Made by a program: the position numbers and the translations under genes. From NCBI GenBank assembly GCA_024707405.1, contig JANPZU010000006.1, forward strand, positions 53,164-117,163: a stretch of 64,000 bases of DNA, written 5' to 3'. A model generated the notes under the pieces. The model saw only the letters and a program-made list of their open reading frames with translations. It had not been told where the DNA came from and made no database searches. This stretch comes from Luteimonas sp. GTDB lineage: Bacteria > Pseudomonadota > Gammaproteobacteria > Xanthomonadales > Xanthomonadaceae. Shown one piece after another: positions 1-10,293 of this stretch; the stretch's first letter is position 1, and every line of letters starts with the position of its first letter.

Positions 1-2144
1 CCGCCACGCTGGATTCGGTCACCGTGACCGCCACGCGACGCGCGCTGGACATCGACAGCGTGCCGGTCGCGGTGACCGCGATCGGTGGCGACGAACTGGT
101 GGCCAGCAACGTGCTCGACACGCAGTCGCTGTCGATGCTGGCGCCGTCGCTGGTGGTGACCACGTCCGGCAGCGAGGCAGGCGGTGCGGTGATCCGCGTG
201 CGCGGCATCGGCACGGCGGCGAGCAACCCGGGGCTGGAAGGGTCGGTGGGCGTGCTGGTCGACGGCATCTACCGTTCGCGCTCGGGGCTGGCGCTGACCG
301 ATCTCGTCGACATCGACCAGGTCGAGGTGTTGCGCGGGCCGCAGAGCACGCTGTTCGGCAAGAACACCTCGTCGGGCGTGATCAACATCCAGACCAGGAA
401 GCCGACCTTCGTCAACGAAGGTTTCGTCGCGGCCTCGCTGGGCAACTTCGACAGCACCGTGTTCTCCGGTGCGTGGAGCGGGCCGGTGGTCGACGATACG
501 CTCGCGCTGCGCTTCAGCGCGCAGTACAACCAGCGCGACGGCTACGTGCACAACACGTTCGATGGTCGCGACTACAACAATCGCGACCGCTGGCTGGCGC
601 GTGCGCAGGCGCTGTGGACGCCGACGGACGATTTCTCGCTGCGCCTGATCGCCGATGCCGTGCAGAAACGCGAGAACTGCTGCGCGGCGCCATACACGCA
701 GTACGGCGCGACCGCTGCGTTCCTGCGGCTGCTGGGCGGCACGTTGCCGGCCTACGACGGCAGCTACGAGGTCGCGTTCGATGCCGAGGTGCGCTCGGAC
801 GTCGATGAAGCCGGATTGAGCGCCCTCGTGGAGTGGGGCCTGGGCTGGGCGACCTTGAACGGCACGTTGAGTTACCGCGACGGCAAGTCGCTGGTGATGT
901 CCGACGGTGACTTCAGCGACGTGGATCTGTCGCGACTGACCGGCGACCACGGCAGCGCGATCACCCGCATCGCCGAGTTCACGCTCCGCGGCCAGGGCGA
1001 CCGCATCGACTGGATGGCGGGCACGTACCTGGGCTGGGAAGAGGTCGGGTTCGATGGACAGACGTTGTTCGGCGCGCGCGCCGGGCATTACTTCCTCGGC
1101 GCCCTGCCGCCGGCGGCGGTGCTGCCGCTGTACACGGAAGGCACCGGCTTGCAGTTGCGTCGCGCGCGGCAATCCGGGCGCACGCAGGCGGTGTACACGC
1201 ACAACATCGTGCGCCTCGGGCATGGATTCGACTTGACGCTCGGCCTGCGCCACGTGCGCGAGGACAAGGACGGCTACGGCTTCAGCGTCTCCAATTCGCC
1301 TTCGTGCACATTCCCCGGCCTGCCCGCCGCGGCGCGGATCCTGTGCAGCGTGCCGCGATACCAGGCCGCGTACGAGGACGAGCGCACCGTCGGCGTGGCC
1401 AGCCTGGCGAAGAACCTCGACGGCGGCGGCAGCGTGTACTTCACCTATTCGACCGGCTTCAAGGCCGGCGGCATCAATCTCGATCCGGCCAATGCGGTCG
1501 GCGGCACCGCGGTGTTCAAGCCCGAGACAGTGGCTTCCTACGAACTCGGCCTGAAGATGCCGTTGTTCGACCGTCGCCTGTTCCTGCGCACCGCGCTGTT
1601 CCGCATGGACTACGACGACGTGCAGCTCAACACCTTCGATGGCATCGGTTTCCGCATTTCCAACGAGGCCAGTGCGCGTTCGCAGGGCGTGGAGCTCGAG
1701 GCCGACTGGTACATCGCGCCGGGTTACAAGCTGCGCGGCGGCTACAGCTACAACAAGGCCGAGTACGGCGAGGACACCTTCAACGCAGCATTGCGTGGCC
1801 GGCAGATCACCAACGCGCCCAAGCGCACGGGACTGCTCGGTTTCGACTTCGATCGCCCGGTCGGTGCCGGCACGTTGTTCGGATCGATCAGCGCCCGTTA
1901 CCAGGGCGGCGTGAACACCGGCGCCAACCTCGATCCGGCGAAGTGGCAGGACGCCTACACCCTGGTCAATGCGCGCATCGGTCTGCGCCTGCGCAACGAC
2001 GTGGAGATCGCGCTGTGGGGCAACAACCTCACCGACGAGTACTACAACATGGTGATCTTCGATTCGGTCGCGCAGGCGGGCAGCTACAACGGATACCCCG
2101 GCTTGCCGCGTACCTACGGGATCGACGTCCGCAAGCGTTTCTGA
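1..2144 (+). CDS. TonB-dependent outer-membrane receptor (5' end cut by window edge)
   Basis: The frame is open from base 3 with no upstream stop. Plug-type N-terminus (LDSVTVTATRR, VLRGPQSTLFGKNT). Barrel C-terminus ends in an aromatic residue (TYGIDVRKRF*). Confidence 0.85.
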   Translation, partial: ATLDSVTVTATRRALDIDSVPVAVTAIGGDELVASNVLDTQSLSMLAPSLVVTTSGSEAGGAVIRVRGIGTAASNPGLEGSVGVLVDGIYRSRSGLALTDLVDIDQVEVLRGPQSTLFGKNTSSGVINIQTRKPTFVNEGFVAASLGNFDSTVFSGAWSGPVVDDTLALRFSAQYNQRDGYVHNTFDGRDYNNRDRWLARAQALWTPTDDFSLRLIADAVQKRENCCAAPYTQYGATAAFLRLLGGTLPAYDGSYEVAFDAEVRSDVDEAGLSALVEWGLGWATLNGTLSYRDGKSLVMSDGDFSDVDLSRLTGDHGSAITRIAEFTLRGQGDRIDWMAGTYLGWEEVGFDGQTLFGARAGHYFLGALPPAAVLPLYTEGTGLQLRRARQSGRTQAVYTHNIVRLGHGFDLTLGLRHVREDKDGYGFSVSNSPSCTFPGLPAAARILCSVPRYQAAYEDERTVGVASLAKNLDGGGSVYFTYSTGFKAGGINLDPANAVGGTAVFKPETVASYELGLKMPLFDRRLFLRTALFRMDYDDVQLNTFDGIGFRISNEASARSQGVELEADWYIAPGYKLRGGYSYNKAEYGEDTFNAALRGRQITNAPKRTGLLGFDFDRPVGAGTLFGSISARYQGGVNTGANLDPAKWQDAYTLVNARIGLRLRNDVEIALWGNNLTDEYYNMVIFDSVAQAGSYNGYPGLPRTYGIDVRKRF

Positions 2145-2145
2145 C

Positions 2146-2760
2146 GTGACCGGCGGCGTGCGCCTCCTGCGCCTGTGGCCATGGGCGTTGGCCGTGTCGC
2201 TCGGTGTGGCCGGCGGCCTGGCCACGGCGCGCTGGTCGACCGGCGAGTCGGCGATCGAGCGTGTCCCGTCGCGGCCGGAATGGACCATCGACCGGTTCGC
2301 CGGCGCCGAGGCCGCAGGCATGCACACGCGTGCCCGCATCGCTCGTATCGGCCTGCTGGCATTGAGCCGGGATGAGGCGATGTACTACATCGCCGACCGC
2401 GATGCCGATGGCCGTCGCTTGCGCGAGGACTGCATCTACGAAGTGTCCGGCGGCGAGTTGCCGGCACGATGGTGGTCGCTGACCGTCTACGCGCAAGACC
2501 GTTTCCTTGCGCGCAACGAAGACCAGGCGCATTCGCTGGGCGCGGCGGGCCTTCCACGCGATGCCGGCGCGGATGCATGGCGCATCCGCCTTGCATCCGC
2601 GCGCAATGGCGAGACGCCATGGCTGTCGGTGCGCAATACGGATGCGCCGACGCTGGCGCTGCGCCTCTATCGTCCCGATGCCGCCTTGCGCGAAGATCCG
2701 CTCGGCATCGCATTGCCGCGCATCGAGCGACGATCCTGCGCCGCGGGGCGTGCGCCATGA
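2146..2760 (+). CDS. DUF1214-like protein with N-terminal signal/anchor
   Basis: GTG start lies 2 nt after the receptor stop. Hydrophobic N-terminus. Segment AMYYIADRDADGRRL...ARWWSLTVYAQDRF resembles the DUF1214 core. Confidence 0.6.
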   Translation: MTGGVRLLRLWPWALAVSLGVAGGLATARWSTGESAIERVPSRPEWTIDRFAGAEAAGMHTRARIARIGLLALSRDEAMYYIADRDADGRRLREDCIYEVSGGELPARWWSLTVYAQDRFLARNEDQAHSLGAAGLPRDAGADAWRIRLASARNGETPWLSVRNTDAPTLALRLYRPDAALREDPLGIALPRIERRSCAAGRAP

Positions 2761-3278
2761 GACGCGCGTCGTTCTGGCTGATGGTTGCAACGGTTGCCGT
2801 GGCGGCGGGGATCTGCACGCACCTGGCCTGGGTATGGGCCATGCCGCATCGACTGATGGGCGATGCGATGGACACCCTGGGGCGCGACGGACAGCGATTG
2901 CACCAGTGGATCCACGCGCGCCGTGCCTCGCCGCAGGCGCGTGCAATCGTGAGGCCATCGCCCGACCTGGCCTATTCGATCTGCGTGTTCGATCTTTCAC
3001 GGGGAGACGTGCGCCTGCGCGTGCATCCGTCGCCGGGCTACTGGTCGTTGTCGCTGTACGCGGCCAACAGCGACAACGTGCGCACCTGGAACGACGAAGA
3101 TTCGCCCGGCGGCGTCGACGTGGTGTTGACGCATGGTGCCACGATGGCGGGCGATGGCCGTGTCGCGCTACCTTCGGCGCGCGGGATCGCGGCCGTGCGA
3201 CGCCTGGCGCCAACGCCGGCGGAGTGGGACGTGGCGGTGGCGATCCGCGAACGCGATGCCTGCGAGGTGCGACCATGA
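2757..3278 (+). CDS. DUF1254-like protein with N-terminal anchor
   Basis: ATG at 2757 overlaps the upstream stop (ATGA). PSPDLAYSICVFDLSRGDVRLRV..GYWSLSLYAANSDNV resembles the DUF1254 core. Confidence 0.6.
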   Translation: MRRASFWLMVATVAVAAGICTHLAWVWAMPHRLMGDAMDTLGRDGQRLHQWIHARRASPQARAIVRPSPDLAYSICVFDLSRGDVRLRVHPSPGYWSLSLYAANSDNVRTWNDEDSPGGVDVVLTHGATMAGDGRVALPSARGIAAVRRLAPTPAEWDVAVAIRERDACEVRP

Positions 3279-4783
3279 TCCGGATCTGCCTGTTGCTGCT
3301 GTCGTGCCTCCACGCGTTCCCCGCGTCCGGCGACGATGAGCGCCCGCGGGCGCAGGTTGCGCAGGGCGTGCTTGCGGGCGAGGCGCGCGACGGCGTGCGT
3401 CGTTTCCTCGGCATTCCCTATGCAGCGCCGCCGACCGGCGCGCGGCGCTGGCGCGCACCCGAGCCGGCACGGGCGTGGGACGGCGAGCGCGTTGCAACCG
3501 CTGCCGGCGCAGCCTGTCCGCAGACCTCGCGCCCGGCGGTGGGCATCGCACCCGATGCGCAGGACGAGGATTGCCTGTTCCTCAACGTCTGGGCGCCTGC
3601 CGATGCCGAAGCGCTGCCGGTGATGGTGTGGATCCATGGCGGCGCGCATCGCTTCGGCGCGGGTTCGTTGCCTTACTACGATGGTGCGTCCCTGGCGCGA
3701 CGAGGCGTGGTGGTGGTCACCCTCAACTATCGCCTCGGCTACCTCGGCTATTTCTCGCATGCGGCACTGGCCGGCGAGGGCGGGGGCGGCAATTTCGGCT
3801 TCATGGATCAACTCGCCGCGCTGCGCTGGGTACGCGACAACATCACGGCCTTCGGCGGCGACCCGGCGCGCGTGACCGTGTTCGGCGAAAGCGCCGGCGG
3901 CGTGGCGGTGCTCATGCTGATGGCCAGCCCCGAAGCCGAAGGCCTGTTCGCCGGTGCCATCGTGCAGTCGGGAGGCGGTTGGGCGCGGTTGCCGGGCATG
4001 CAGGCGATGCGGCAGCGCGTGCAGGCGGGCCTGGATACCATCGACGTCCCCGCCGATGCCGATGCATCGACGTTGCGTGCATTGCCTGCACAGGCATTGG
4101 TGCAGGCGGCGGCCGTTGATCGTTCGCTCGGCTTCGGCCCCTTCATGGACAACGTGTCGATGACGCGGCAGCCGGTCGATGCCTTCCACACCGGTCGCCA
4201 GGCGGCGGTGCCGCTGCTGATCGGCACCAATACCTGGGAAGGCAGCCTGATGCAGGCGCTCGACGTGGGCGAGCAGGGGCGCCAGGTCGCCGATGGCACG
4301 CTCGCTCGGGAACTCTATCGCCACGAGACAAGTGACGATGCGTTGCGCCGGCAACTGGTGTTCGGTGACTTCGCGTTCGTCGCGCCGGCACGCTGGATCG
4401 CGGCCTCGCAATCACGTCGTGCATCGGCGTGGCTGTATCGCTTCGGTTACGTGCGCAGTGCGCGGCGCGGGGAGGTGCCGGGCGTGGCGCACGGCAGCGA
4501 GATTCCCTACGTGTTCGACGTGCTCGGTCGCAGTGGCGGCGGCGCGCCGTTGGCGGAGATGAGCGAGGCGGATCTGGCGATGTCCGCCGAGGTGGCCGAT
4601 TGCTGGGTTGCGTTCGCGACGCTGGGTCGTCCCGATTGCGCATTCGCGCCGTGGGATGCCTACAGTCGCCGTCGCGACAACACCATGGACATCACCGACG
4701 ATGGCGCACGCCAGGTGCAGCGACTGCGCGCGCGGATCCTCGACGCCTACGATCGCTTCTTCGCGCCCAACGCCTCGCGCTAG
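3275..4783 (+). CDS. secreted type-B carboxylesterase/lipase (para-nitrobenzyl esterase-like)
   Basis: ATG at 3275 overlaps the upstream stop. Signal peptide MIRICLLLLSCLHAFPASG. FLGIPYAAPP and the nucleophile elbow FGESAGG are present. Confidence 0.85.
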   Translation: MIRICLLLLSCLHAFPASGDDERPRAQVAQGVLAGEARDGVRRFLGIPYAAPPTGARRWRAPEPARAWDGERVATAAGAACPQTSRPAVGIAPDAQDEDCLFLNVWAPADAEALPVMVWIHGGAHRFGAGSLPYYDGASLARRGVVVVTLNYRLGYLGYFSHAALAGEGGGGNFGFMDQLAALRWVRDNITAFGGDPARVTVFGESAGGVAVLMLMASPEAEGLFAGAIVQSGGGWARLPGMQAMRQRVQAGLDTIDVPADADASTLRALPAQALVQAAAVDRSLGFGPFMDNVSMTRQPVDAFHTGRQAAVPLLIGTNTWEGSLMQALDVGEQGRQVADGTLARELYRHETSDDALRRQLVFGDFAFVAPARWIAASQSRRASAWLYRFGYVRSARRGEVPGVAHGSEIPYVFDVLGRSGGGAPLAEMSEADLAMSAEVADCWVAFATLGRPDCAFAPWDAYSRRRDNTMDITDDGARQVQRLRARILDAYDRFFAPNASR

Positions 4784-4832
4784 GCGCTTGCGTCGCGCTT
4801 GATCGCGGCTTCGTCGCCGGAGGCGTTGTCGT

Positions 4833-6014
4833 CTAGGTGATTTCGAACAGTGCCGCTGCGCCCATTCCGCCGCCGATGCACATCGTCGCCACCACGTACT
4901 TCACGCCGCGCCGCCGGCCTTCGATGAGTGCGTGCCCGACCATGCGCGCGCCGCTCATGCCGTAAGGATGGCCGATGGCGATTGCGCCGCCGTCGACATT
5001 GAGGCGTTCGTCCGGGATGCCGAGTGTGTCGCGGCAATACAGCACCTGCACCGCGAAGGCTTCGTTGAGTTCCCACAGGCCGATGTCGTCGACCGAGAGC
5101 CCGTGTCGTGCCAGCAGCTTCGGAACCGCGAAGACCGGGCCGATGCCCATTTCGTCGGGTTCGCAGCCTTCGGCCACGAAGCCGCGGAAGATTCCCAGCG
5201 GTTGCAGTCCGCGCCGTGCGGCCCACTCGGACGAGGCGACCACGCAGGAAGATGCGCCATCCGACAACTGGCTCGCGTTGCCGGCGGTGACGACGCCGCC
5301 ATCGACCACCGGCTTCAGTCCGGCCAGGCCTTCGGCCGTGGTGTCGGGGCGGTTGCCTTCGTCCTTCGACAGCGTGACTTCGCGATGGCTGGTTTCGCCG
5401 GTGGCCTTGTCGACCACCACCATCGTCGCGGTCACCGGCACGATTTCCTCGTCGAAACGCCCCGCCGCCTGCGCCTGCGCCGTGCGCTGCTGGCTGGACA
5501 GCCCGTAGGCGTCCTGCGCTTCGCGCGACACGCCGTAGCGCCTGGCCACCACTTCGGCGGTCTGCAGCATCGGCATGTAGGCGGCGGGTGCGATTCCAAG
5601 CAAGGCCTTCGATACCAAGCGGTGCTGGTTGTAGTGGTTGTTCTGCACCAGGCTGATCGATTCCACGCCGCCGGACACGATCACGTCGGCATCGCCCGCG
5701 CGGATCGCGTTCGCTGCGTTGACGATGGCCTGCAGGCCGGAGCAGCACTGCCGGTCGACGGTCGTGCCCGGCGTGCGCACCGCCAGCCCGGCGACCAGCG
5801 CCGCCTGGCGCGCGATGTTGCTGCCGGTGGCGCCCTGCTGCAGCGCGCAGCCCAGCACCACGTCGTCGGCTTCGTCCGGCGCGAGCCCGGCGCGCGCCAC
5901 GGCGGCCCGGATCGCATGCGCGGCAAGCTCGGCGCCGTGCAGGTCGTTGAACGCGCCGCGGTAGGCGCGGCCGATGGGCGTGCGGGCGGTGGAGACGATC
6001 ACGGCATCGGTCAT
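4833..6014 (-). CDS. acetyl-CoA C-acyltransferase (thiolase)
   Basis: 393 aa. Thiolase signatures: QCCSGLQAI (active Cys), [20 protein letters not shown]. Confidence 0.9.
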   Translation of the reverse strand: MTDAVIVSTARTPIGRAYRGAFNDLHGAELAAHAIRAAVARAGLAPDEADDVVLGCALQQGATGSNIARQAALVAGLAVRTPGTTVDRQCCSGLQAIVNAANAIRAGDADVIVSGGVESISLVQNNHYNQHRLVSKALLGIAPAAYMPMLQTAEVVARRYGVSREAQDAYGLSSQQRTAQAQAAGRFDEEIVPVTATMVVVDKATGETSHREVTLSKDEGNRPDTTAEGLAGLKPVVDGGVVTAGNASQLSDGASSCVVASSEWAARRGLQPLGIFRGFVAEGCEPDEMGIGPVFAVPKLLARHGLSVDDIGLWELNEAFAVQVLYCRDTLGIPDERLNVDGGAIAIGHPYGMSGARMVGHALIEGRRRGVKYVVATMCIGGGMGAAALFEIT

Positions 6015-7285
6015 CGCGGGGTGTCCTCTTCGTTCGTGGTGGGCAGTGGAGGGGAGCGGACGTCGACGATCGCGTCTGCGATCACGCCGTCGCGTGCAAG
6101 CGCATCGATCGCGTCGGCATCGAGGGAGAGCAGTTCGGCCAGCACTGCGCGCGTATCGCTGCCGGCCTCGGTGCCGGCCCAGCGCACTTCGCCCGGCGTT
6201 GCCGACAACTTCGGCACGATGCCCGGCAGCACGACTTCGCCCAGCGCCGGATGCGGCACGTCGAGCAGCATGTCGCGTGCGCGGTAATGCGCGTCCTCGA
6301 AGATGTCCGGCAGCGTGTACACGCGAGACACCGGCACGCCTGCAGCCTCAAGCGTGGATTCGACGGACTTTGCATCCCGTGCGCCGACCCAGTCGCCGAT
6401 GATCGCGTCGAGCGCGTCGACGTGATCCCAGCGTGCGCGGATGGTGGCGAAGCGCGGGTCGTCGATCAGGTCGGGGCGCGCCATCGCATGCGCGAGGCGC
6501 TCGTAGACCGCCTGGCTGTTGGCGGCGATCAGCACGTAGGTGCCGTCGCCGGCGGGATACAGGTTGTTGGGTGCCATCGCCGGCAGTCGCGTGCCCAGGC
6601 GCGAAGGCACCAGCTTGAGCTTGTCGTAGGTGGGGATCGCGCTGTCCATCATGCTGAAGGCGGCTTCGTACAGCGCCGCGTCGACCACCTGGCCACGGCC
6701 ACTGCGTTCGCGTTCCAGCAGCGCCATGGTCGCGCCGAAGGCGGCGTAGACCGCGGTGATGTAATCGGTCACCGGCACCGCGACGCGCGCGGGCGGCCGG
6801 TCGGGGTCGCCGGTGAGGTGGCGGATGCCGCCGAACGCTTCGCAGATCGCGCCGTAACCGCCCTTGTGCCGGTACGGGCCGGTCTGTCCGTAGCCGGAGA
6901 TGCGCACCAGCACCAGTCCCGGGTTGTCGCGCGAGAGTTCTTCGTAGCCGAGGCCGAGGCGTTCGAGCGTGCCGGGCCGGAAGTTCTCGACCACCACGTC
7001 GCACGTGGCCGCCAGCCTGCGCACCAGTTCCGCGCCCTCGGGCGTCTTGATGTCGATGATGGTGCTGCGCTTGTTGCGCATCAGCGACACGCCGGTCAGC
7101 GACACGTCGCCATCGCGGAAGCCGAGTGCGCGCGCGGGATCGCCCTGCGGCGGCTCGACCTTGATCACCTCGGCGCCGAAATCGGCGAACAGCCGCGTGC
7201 AGGCGGGGCCGGCGATGGTGCTGCACAGTTCCAGCACGCGGTAACCCGTCAACGGGCCGCGCGCCTCCGGGGGCGGTGCGGTCAT
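6011..7285 (-). CDS. family III CoA-transferase (CaiB/BaiF type)
   Basis: Start set at [46 protein letters not shown]. The stop overlaps the thiolase start (ATGA). Confidence 0.85.
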   Translation of the reverse strand: MTAPPPEARGPLTGYRVLELCSTIAGPACTRLFADFGAEVIKVEPPQGDPARALGFRDGDVSLTGVSLMRNKRSTIIDIKTPEGAELVRRLAATCDVVVENFRPGTLERLGLGYEELSRDNPGLVLVRISGYGQTGPYRHKGGYGAICEAFGGIRHLTGDPDRPPARVAVPVTDYITAVYAAFGATMALLERERSGRGQVVDAALYEAAFSMMDSAIPTYDKLKLVPSRLGTRLPAMAPNNLYPAGDGTYVLIAANSQAVYERLAHAMARPDLIDDPRFATIRARWDHVDALDAIIGDWVGARDAKSVESTLEAAGVPVSRVYTLPDIFEDAHYRARDMLLDVPHPALGEVVLPGIVPKLSATPGEVRWAGTEAGSDTRAVLAELLSLDADAIDALARDGVIADAIVDVRSPPLPTTNEEDTPR

Positions 7286-7361
7286 GCCTCGAGCTCCATC
7301 GATGTGGCGACGTGCCGGTCGCGGCGTGCGGACATGCGCGTACGCTTGCGCGCCGTTGCGG

Positions 7362-8171
7362 TCAGTCCTTGCGCGTGCGCTTGCGCGCCGGTTCCTTGGT
7401 GGCGATGTGGCCGACGTTCCACGCCGGTGCGCGATGCAGGATGCCCTGCGCGGCCTCCACTTCTTTCGCGCGCAACACGACCAGCCTGCGCGTGTGGCCG
7501 ACCAGTGCACGTGCCGCACGCTCGGCGCGCTCCTCGTCGCGTGCCAGCATCGCGTCGCGCAACGCCGCCTGCCGCGCCAGCGACTGCTGCACCCAGCGTG
7601 CCGGCGCCGGCATCAGGAAGCGATGCAGCCAGTACGCGGGCTTGCCGACGCGGCGCACCATGTTCGCCGCCATCGCGCTGCCGCAACTGGAGGCCAGCAC
7701 TTCCGCCGCCTGGTAGGCGACGCGGATCACCTCGAAGAAATCCATCTGCTTGTGCTGCCGCGCGACCTCGGCCGCCTCGCGCACCTTGTCCGCATAGCGG
7801 GCGAGATCCTCGTCGCTGGCATGGCGGGTCGCCAGCCGCGCGACCACGCCCTCGACTGCCGCCAGCAGGTCGAACAGATCCGCGATCTCGTCGGGCGACG
7901 GGTTGATCACCCGTGCGCCACGCCAGGGCATCACTTCCACCATGCCCTCGTGTTCGAGGATCCGCAGTGCCTCGCGTACCGGTGCCCGGCTGATGCCCAG
8001 CCGCTCGGAGACTTCCGGTTCGCGGATCCGGTCGCCCGGCCCGTAGGTGCCGGCCATGATGTCGCGCGTCAGCTGGCGCACCACCTTTTCGACCAGGCGG
8101 TCGCGATCCTCCGCCATCGGCACGTCCGACACGCTTTCGGTGTCCTGGGGCTTTCCGGGGGAAGGGGTCAT
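7362..8171 (-). CDS. GntR/FadR-family transcriptional regulator
   Basis: Winged HTH (SERLGISRAPVREALRILEHEGMV) followed by an all-helical FCD-like C-terminal domain. Divergent from the acyl-CoA dehydrogenase gene. Confidence 0.8.
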   Translation of the reverse strand: MTPSPGKPQDTESVSDVPMAEDRDRLVEKVVRQLTRDIMAGTYGPGDRIREPEVSERLGISRAPVREALRILEHEGMVEVMPWRGARVINPSPDEIADLFDLLAAVEGVVARLATRHASDEDLARYADKVREAAEVARQHKQMDFFEVIRVAYQAAEVLASSCGSAMAANMVRRVGKPAYWLHRFLMPAPARWVQQSLARQAALRDAMLARDEERAERAARALVGHTRRLVVLRAKEVEAAQGILHRAPAWNVGHIATKEPARKRTRKD

Positions 8172-8325
8172 GGCGGGCGTCCTCGCTGCGCTCGGGGTGC
8201 GGTCGGCCCGGCGACGCCGCCGGGCCCGTCCAATGCGTCGCATTGTCCACGAATGCCGGCTTGCCACGTCGGGGTGGCGGCCGGGCGGGTCGGGGCAAGG
8301 GGGCTGCAGAGCCTCTCATGGGCAT

Positions 8326-8350
8326 AAATTGTCGACAGATTTGACGTCAA
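8326..8350. promoter_or_regulatory. TTGTCGACA operator-like site abutting a TTGACGTCAA palindrome
   Basis: AAATTGTCGACAGATTT (8326-8342) shares the TTGTCGACA core with the palindrome at 8432-8457. TTGACGTCAA (8341-8350) is a perfect 10-bp palindrome. Confidence 0.35.
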
Positions 8351-8431
8351 CATAACCACATAATACCATCCAGTCCAGCCCTCATCTCGCATGATTTAGC
8401 GGTTTTTGCTGATACGACGGGGCAATGGCTC

Positions 8432-8457
8432 CCGGGATTTTGTCGACAAAATCCCGG
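8432..8457. promoter_or_regulatory. perfect 26-bp palindrome, candidate GntR operator
   Basis: CCGGGATTTTGTCGACAAAATCCCGG is its own reverse complement. The core fits the GntR-type GT-N-AC pattern. It ends 40 nt upstream of the GTG start at 8497. Confidence 0.5.
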
Positions 8458-8496
8458 CAGAACGACAGGGGATTTGCTTGGCGTGGGAGGCTTGCG

Positions 8497-10293
8497 GTGA
8501 AACCGTTCGATATCGAAGAGATCAGGTTCCTGCTGTACGACGTCGCCGGTGCCGACCGGCTGTTCCGTTCGCCGCGCTACGCGCACCTGGATCGGGAAAC
8601 CGTGGATGGCGTGCTCGCATCGGCCTCGGCGGTGGCCGAGCGGCATTTCCTCCCGCATCACCGCGTCTCCGACATCCAGGAGCCGGATGTGGTCGATGGG
8701 CGAGTGGCCTTGCCCGACGAGGTCTCGGACGCCTGCCGTGCCTACATCGATGCTGGTTTCATGAGCGTGCAGCAGGATCTGGACGAGGGCGGCATGCAGT
8801 TGCCGTGGTCGGCGTCGATGGCGGTGGCTGCGCTGTTCCAGGCCTCCAACATCAGCACGCAGGCGTACCTCACGCTGACCGCGGCGGCGGGCAACCTGCT
8901 TGCCGCGCATGCCAGCGACGAACAGAAGCGCCGCTACCTGCTGCCGATGCGCGAGGGTCGCTTCTTCGGCACGATGGCGTTGTCCGAGCCGCAGGCAGGC
9001 AGCTCGCTGGCCGACATCCGCACCACGGCCACGCCCAACGACGACGGCAGCTATTCGCTGACCGGCACCAAGCAGTGGATCAGCGGCGGCGAGCACGAAC
9101 TGTCGGAGAACATCGTCCACCTGGTGCTGGCCAAGATCAAAGGCGCGCCTGCGGGCGTGCGCGGCATCTCGCTGTTCATCGTGCCGCGCTACCGCGTGAA
9201 CGACGACGGCAGCCTCGGCGAGGACAACAACGTCCGCCTGGTCAGCCTGCTGCACAAGATGGGCTACCGCGGCATCACCAGCACCATCCTGGGCTTCGGC
9301 GAAAAGGGCGAATGCCGCGGCTGGCTGGTCGGCGAGCCGCACCATGGCCTGAAGTACATGTTCCACATGATGAACGAGGCACGCATCGGCGTCGGCCTGA
9401 GCGCGGCTGCACTGGCGTATGCCGGTTATCGCTATTCGCTCGATTACGCGAAGACGCGGTTGCAGGGTCGTCCGCTCGACGGCAAGGATCCGGCCACGCC
9501 GATGATCCCGATCATCGACCATCCCGACGTGCGCCACCTGCTGCTGCGGCAGAAGTGCTATGCCGAGGGCGGCCTTGCGCTTGCGCTCGACTGCGCGGCG
9601 TTCTGCGACGACGTGGAAGTGGCGACCGACGATGCATCACGTGCCGATGCGGCCTTGCTGCTCGACCTTCTGACGCCGATCGCCAAGGCGTGGCCATCGG
9701 CCTACTGCGTGGAAGCCAACAGCCTCGCCATCCAGGTGCTGGGCGGCTACGGCTACACCCGCGACTATCCGGTGGAGCAGTACTACCGCGACAACCGCCT
9801 CAACCCGATCCACGAAGGCACCAACGGCATCCAGGGACTCGACCTGCTGGGACGCAAGGTGTTCGCAGGAAACGGGCGCGCGCTGCAATTGCTGGGCGAG
9901 CGCATCGCCGCGACCGTGGTGGAAGCGAAGGGCGTGGCGGATTTCGAACTGATGGCCGTACAACTTGAACGCGCCACCGCGCGCGTGGCGGACGTGACCG
10001 GGCAACTGCTGCGCCGCGGCGGCGATGCGAAGGCGATGCTGTGCGATTCCAGCGAGTACCTGGCGATGTTCGGCCACGTCGTCGTCGCCTGGCTGTGGTT
10101 GCGCCAGGCGCTCGCTGCCGAACGCGCGCTGCACGCCGGGGCCGGCGTCCGCGAGGCTTACCTGCGCGGCAAGCTCGATGCCTGCCGCTACTTCTATCGG
10201 TGGGAGCTGCCCAAGGCGATGGTGGCCGCGGACATCCTGCCCGCACCTGAGCGCACCGTACTCGACCTCGACATCGAAGGAATGCATCCATGA
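8497..10293 (+). CDS. long-form acyl-CoA dehydrogenase
   Basis: GTG at 8497 is preceded by GGGAGG at 6-nt spacing. The upstream ATG at 8425 would place the 26-bp palindrome inside the CDS. ACAD N, middle and C domains plus a C-terminal extension. Confidence 0.9.
   Translation: MKPFDIEEIRFLLYDVAGADRLFRSPRYAHLDRETVDGVLASASAVAERHFLPHHRVSDIQEPDVVDGRVALPDEVSDACRAYIDAGFMSVQQDLDEGGMQLPWSASMAVAALFQASNISTQAYLTLTAAAGNLLAAHASDEQKRRYLLPMREGRFFGTMALSEPQAGSSLADIRTTATPNDDGSYSLTGTKQWISGGEHELSENIVHLVLAKIKGAPAGVRGISLFIVPRYRVNDDGSLGEDNNVRLVSLLHKMGYRGITSTILGFGEKGECRGWLVGEPHHGLKYMFHMMNEARIGVGLSAAALAYAGYRYSLDYAKTRLQGRPLDGKDPATPMIPIIDHPDVRHLLLRQKCYAEGGLALALDCAAFCDDVEVATDDASRADAALLLDLLTPIAKAWPSAYCVEANSLAIQVLGGYGYTRDYPVEQYYRDNRLNPIHEGTNGIQGLDLLGRKVFAGNGRALQLLGERIAATVVEAKGVADFELMAVQLERATARVADVTGQLLRRGGDAKAMLCDSSEYLAMFGHVVVAWLWLRQALAAERALHAGAGVREAYLRGKLDACRYFYRWELPKAMVAADILPAPERTVLDLDIEGMHP

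Noticed and set aside
8425-8496. ATG at 8425 as the acyl-CoA dehydrogenase start
   Set aside because: The extra 24 codons are not ACAD-like and would contain the 26-bp palindrome. GTG at 8497 has a GGGAGG Shine-Dalgarno at ideal spacing.
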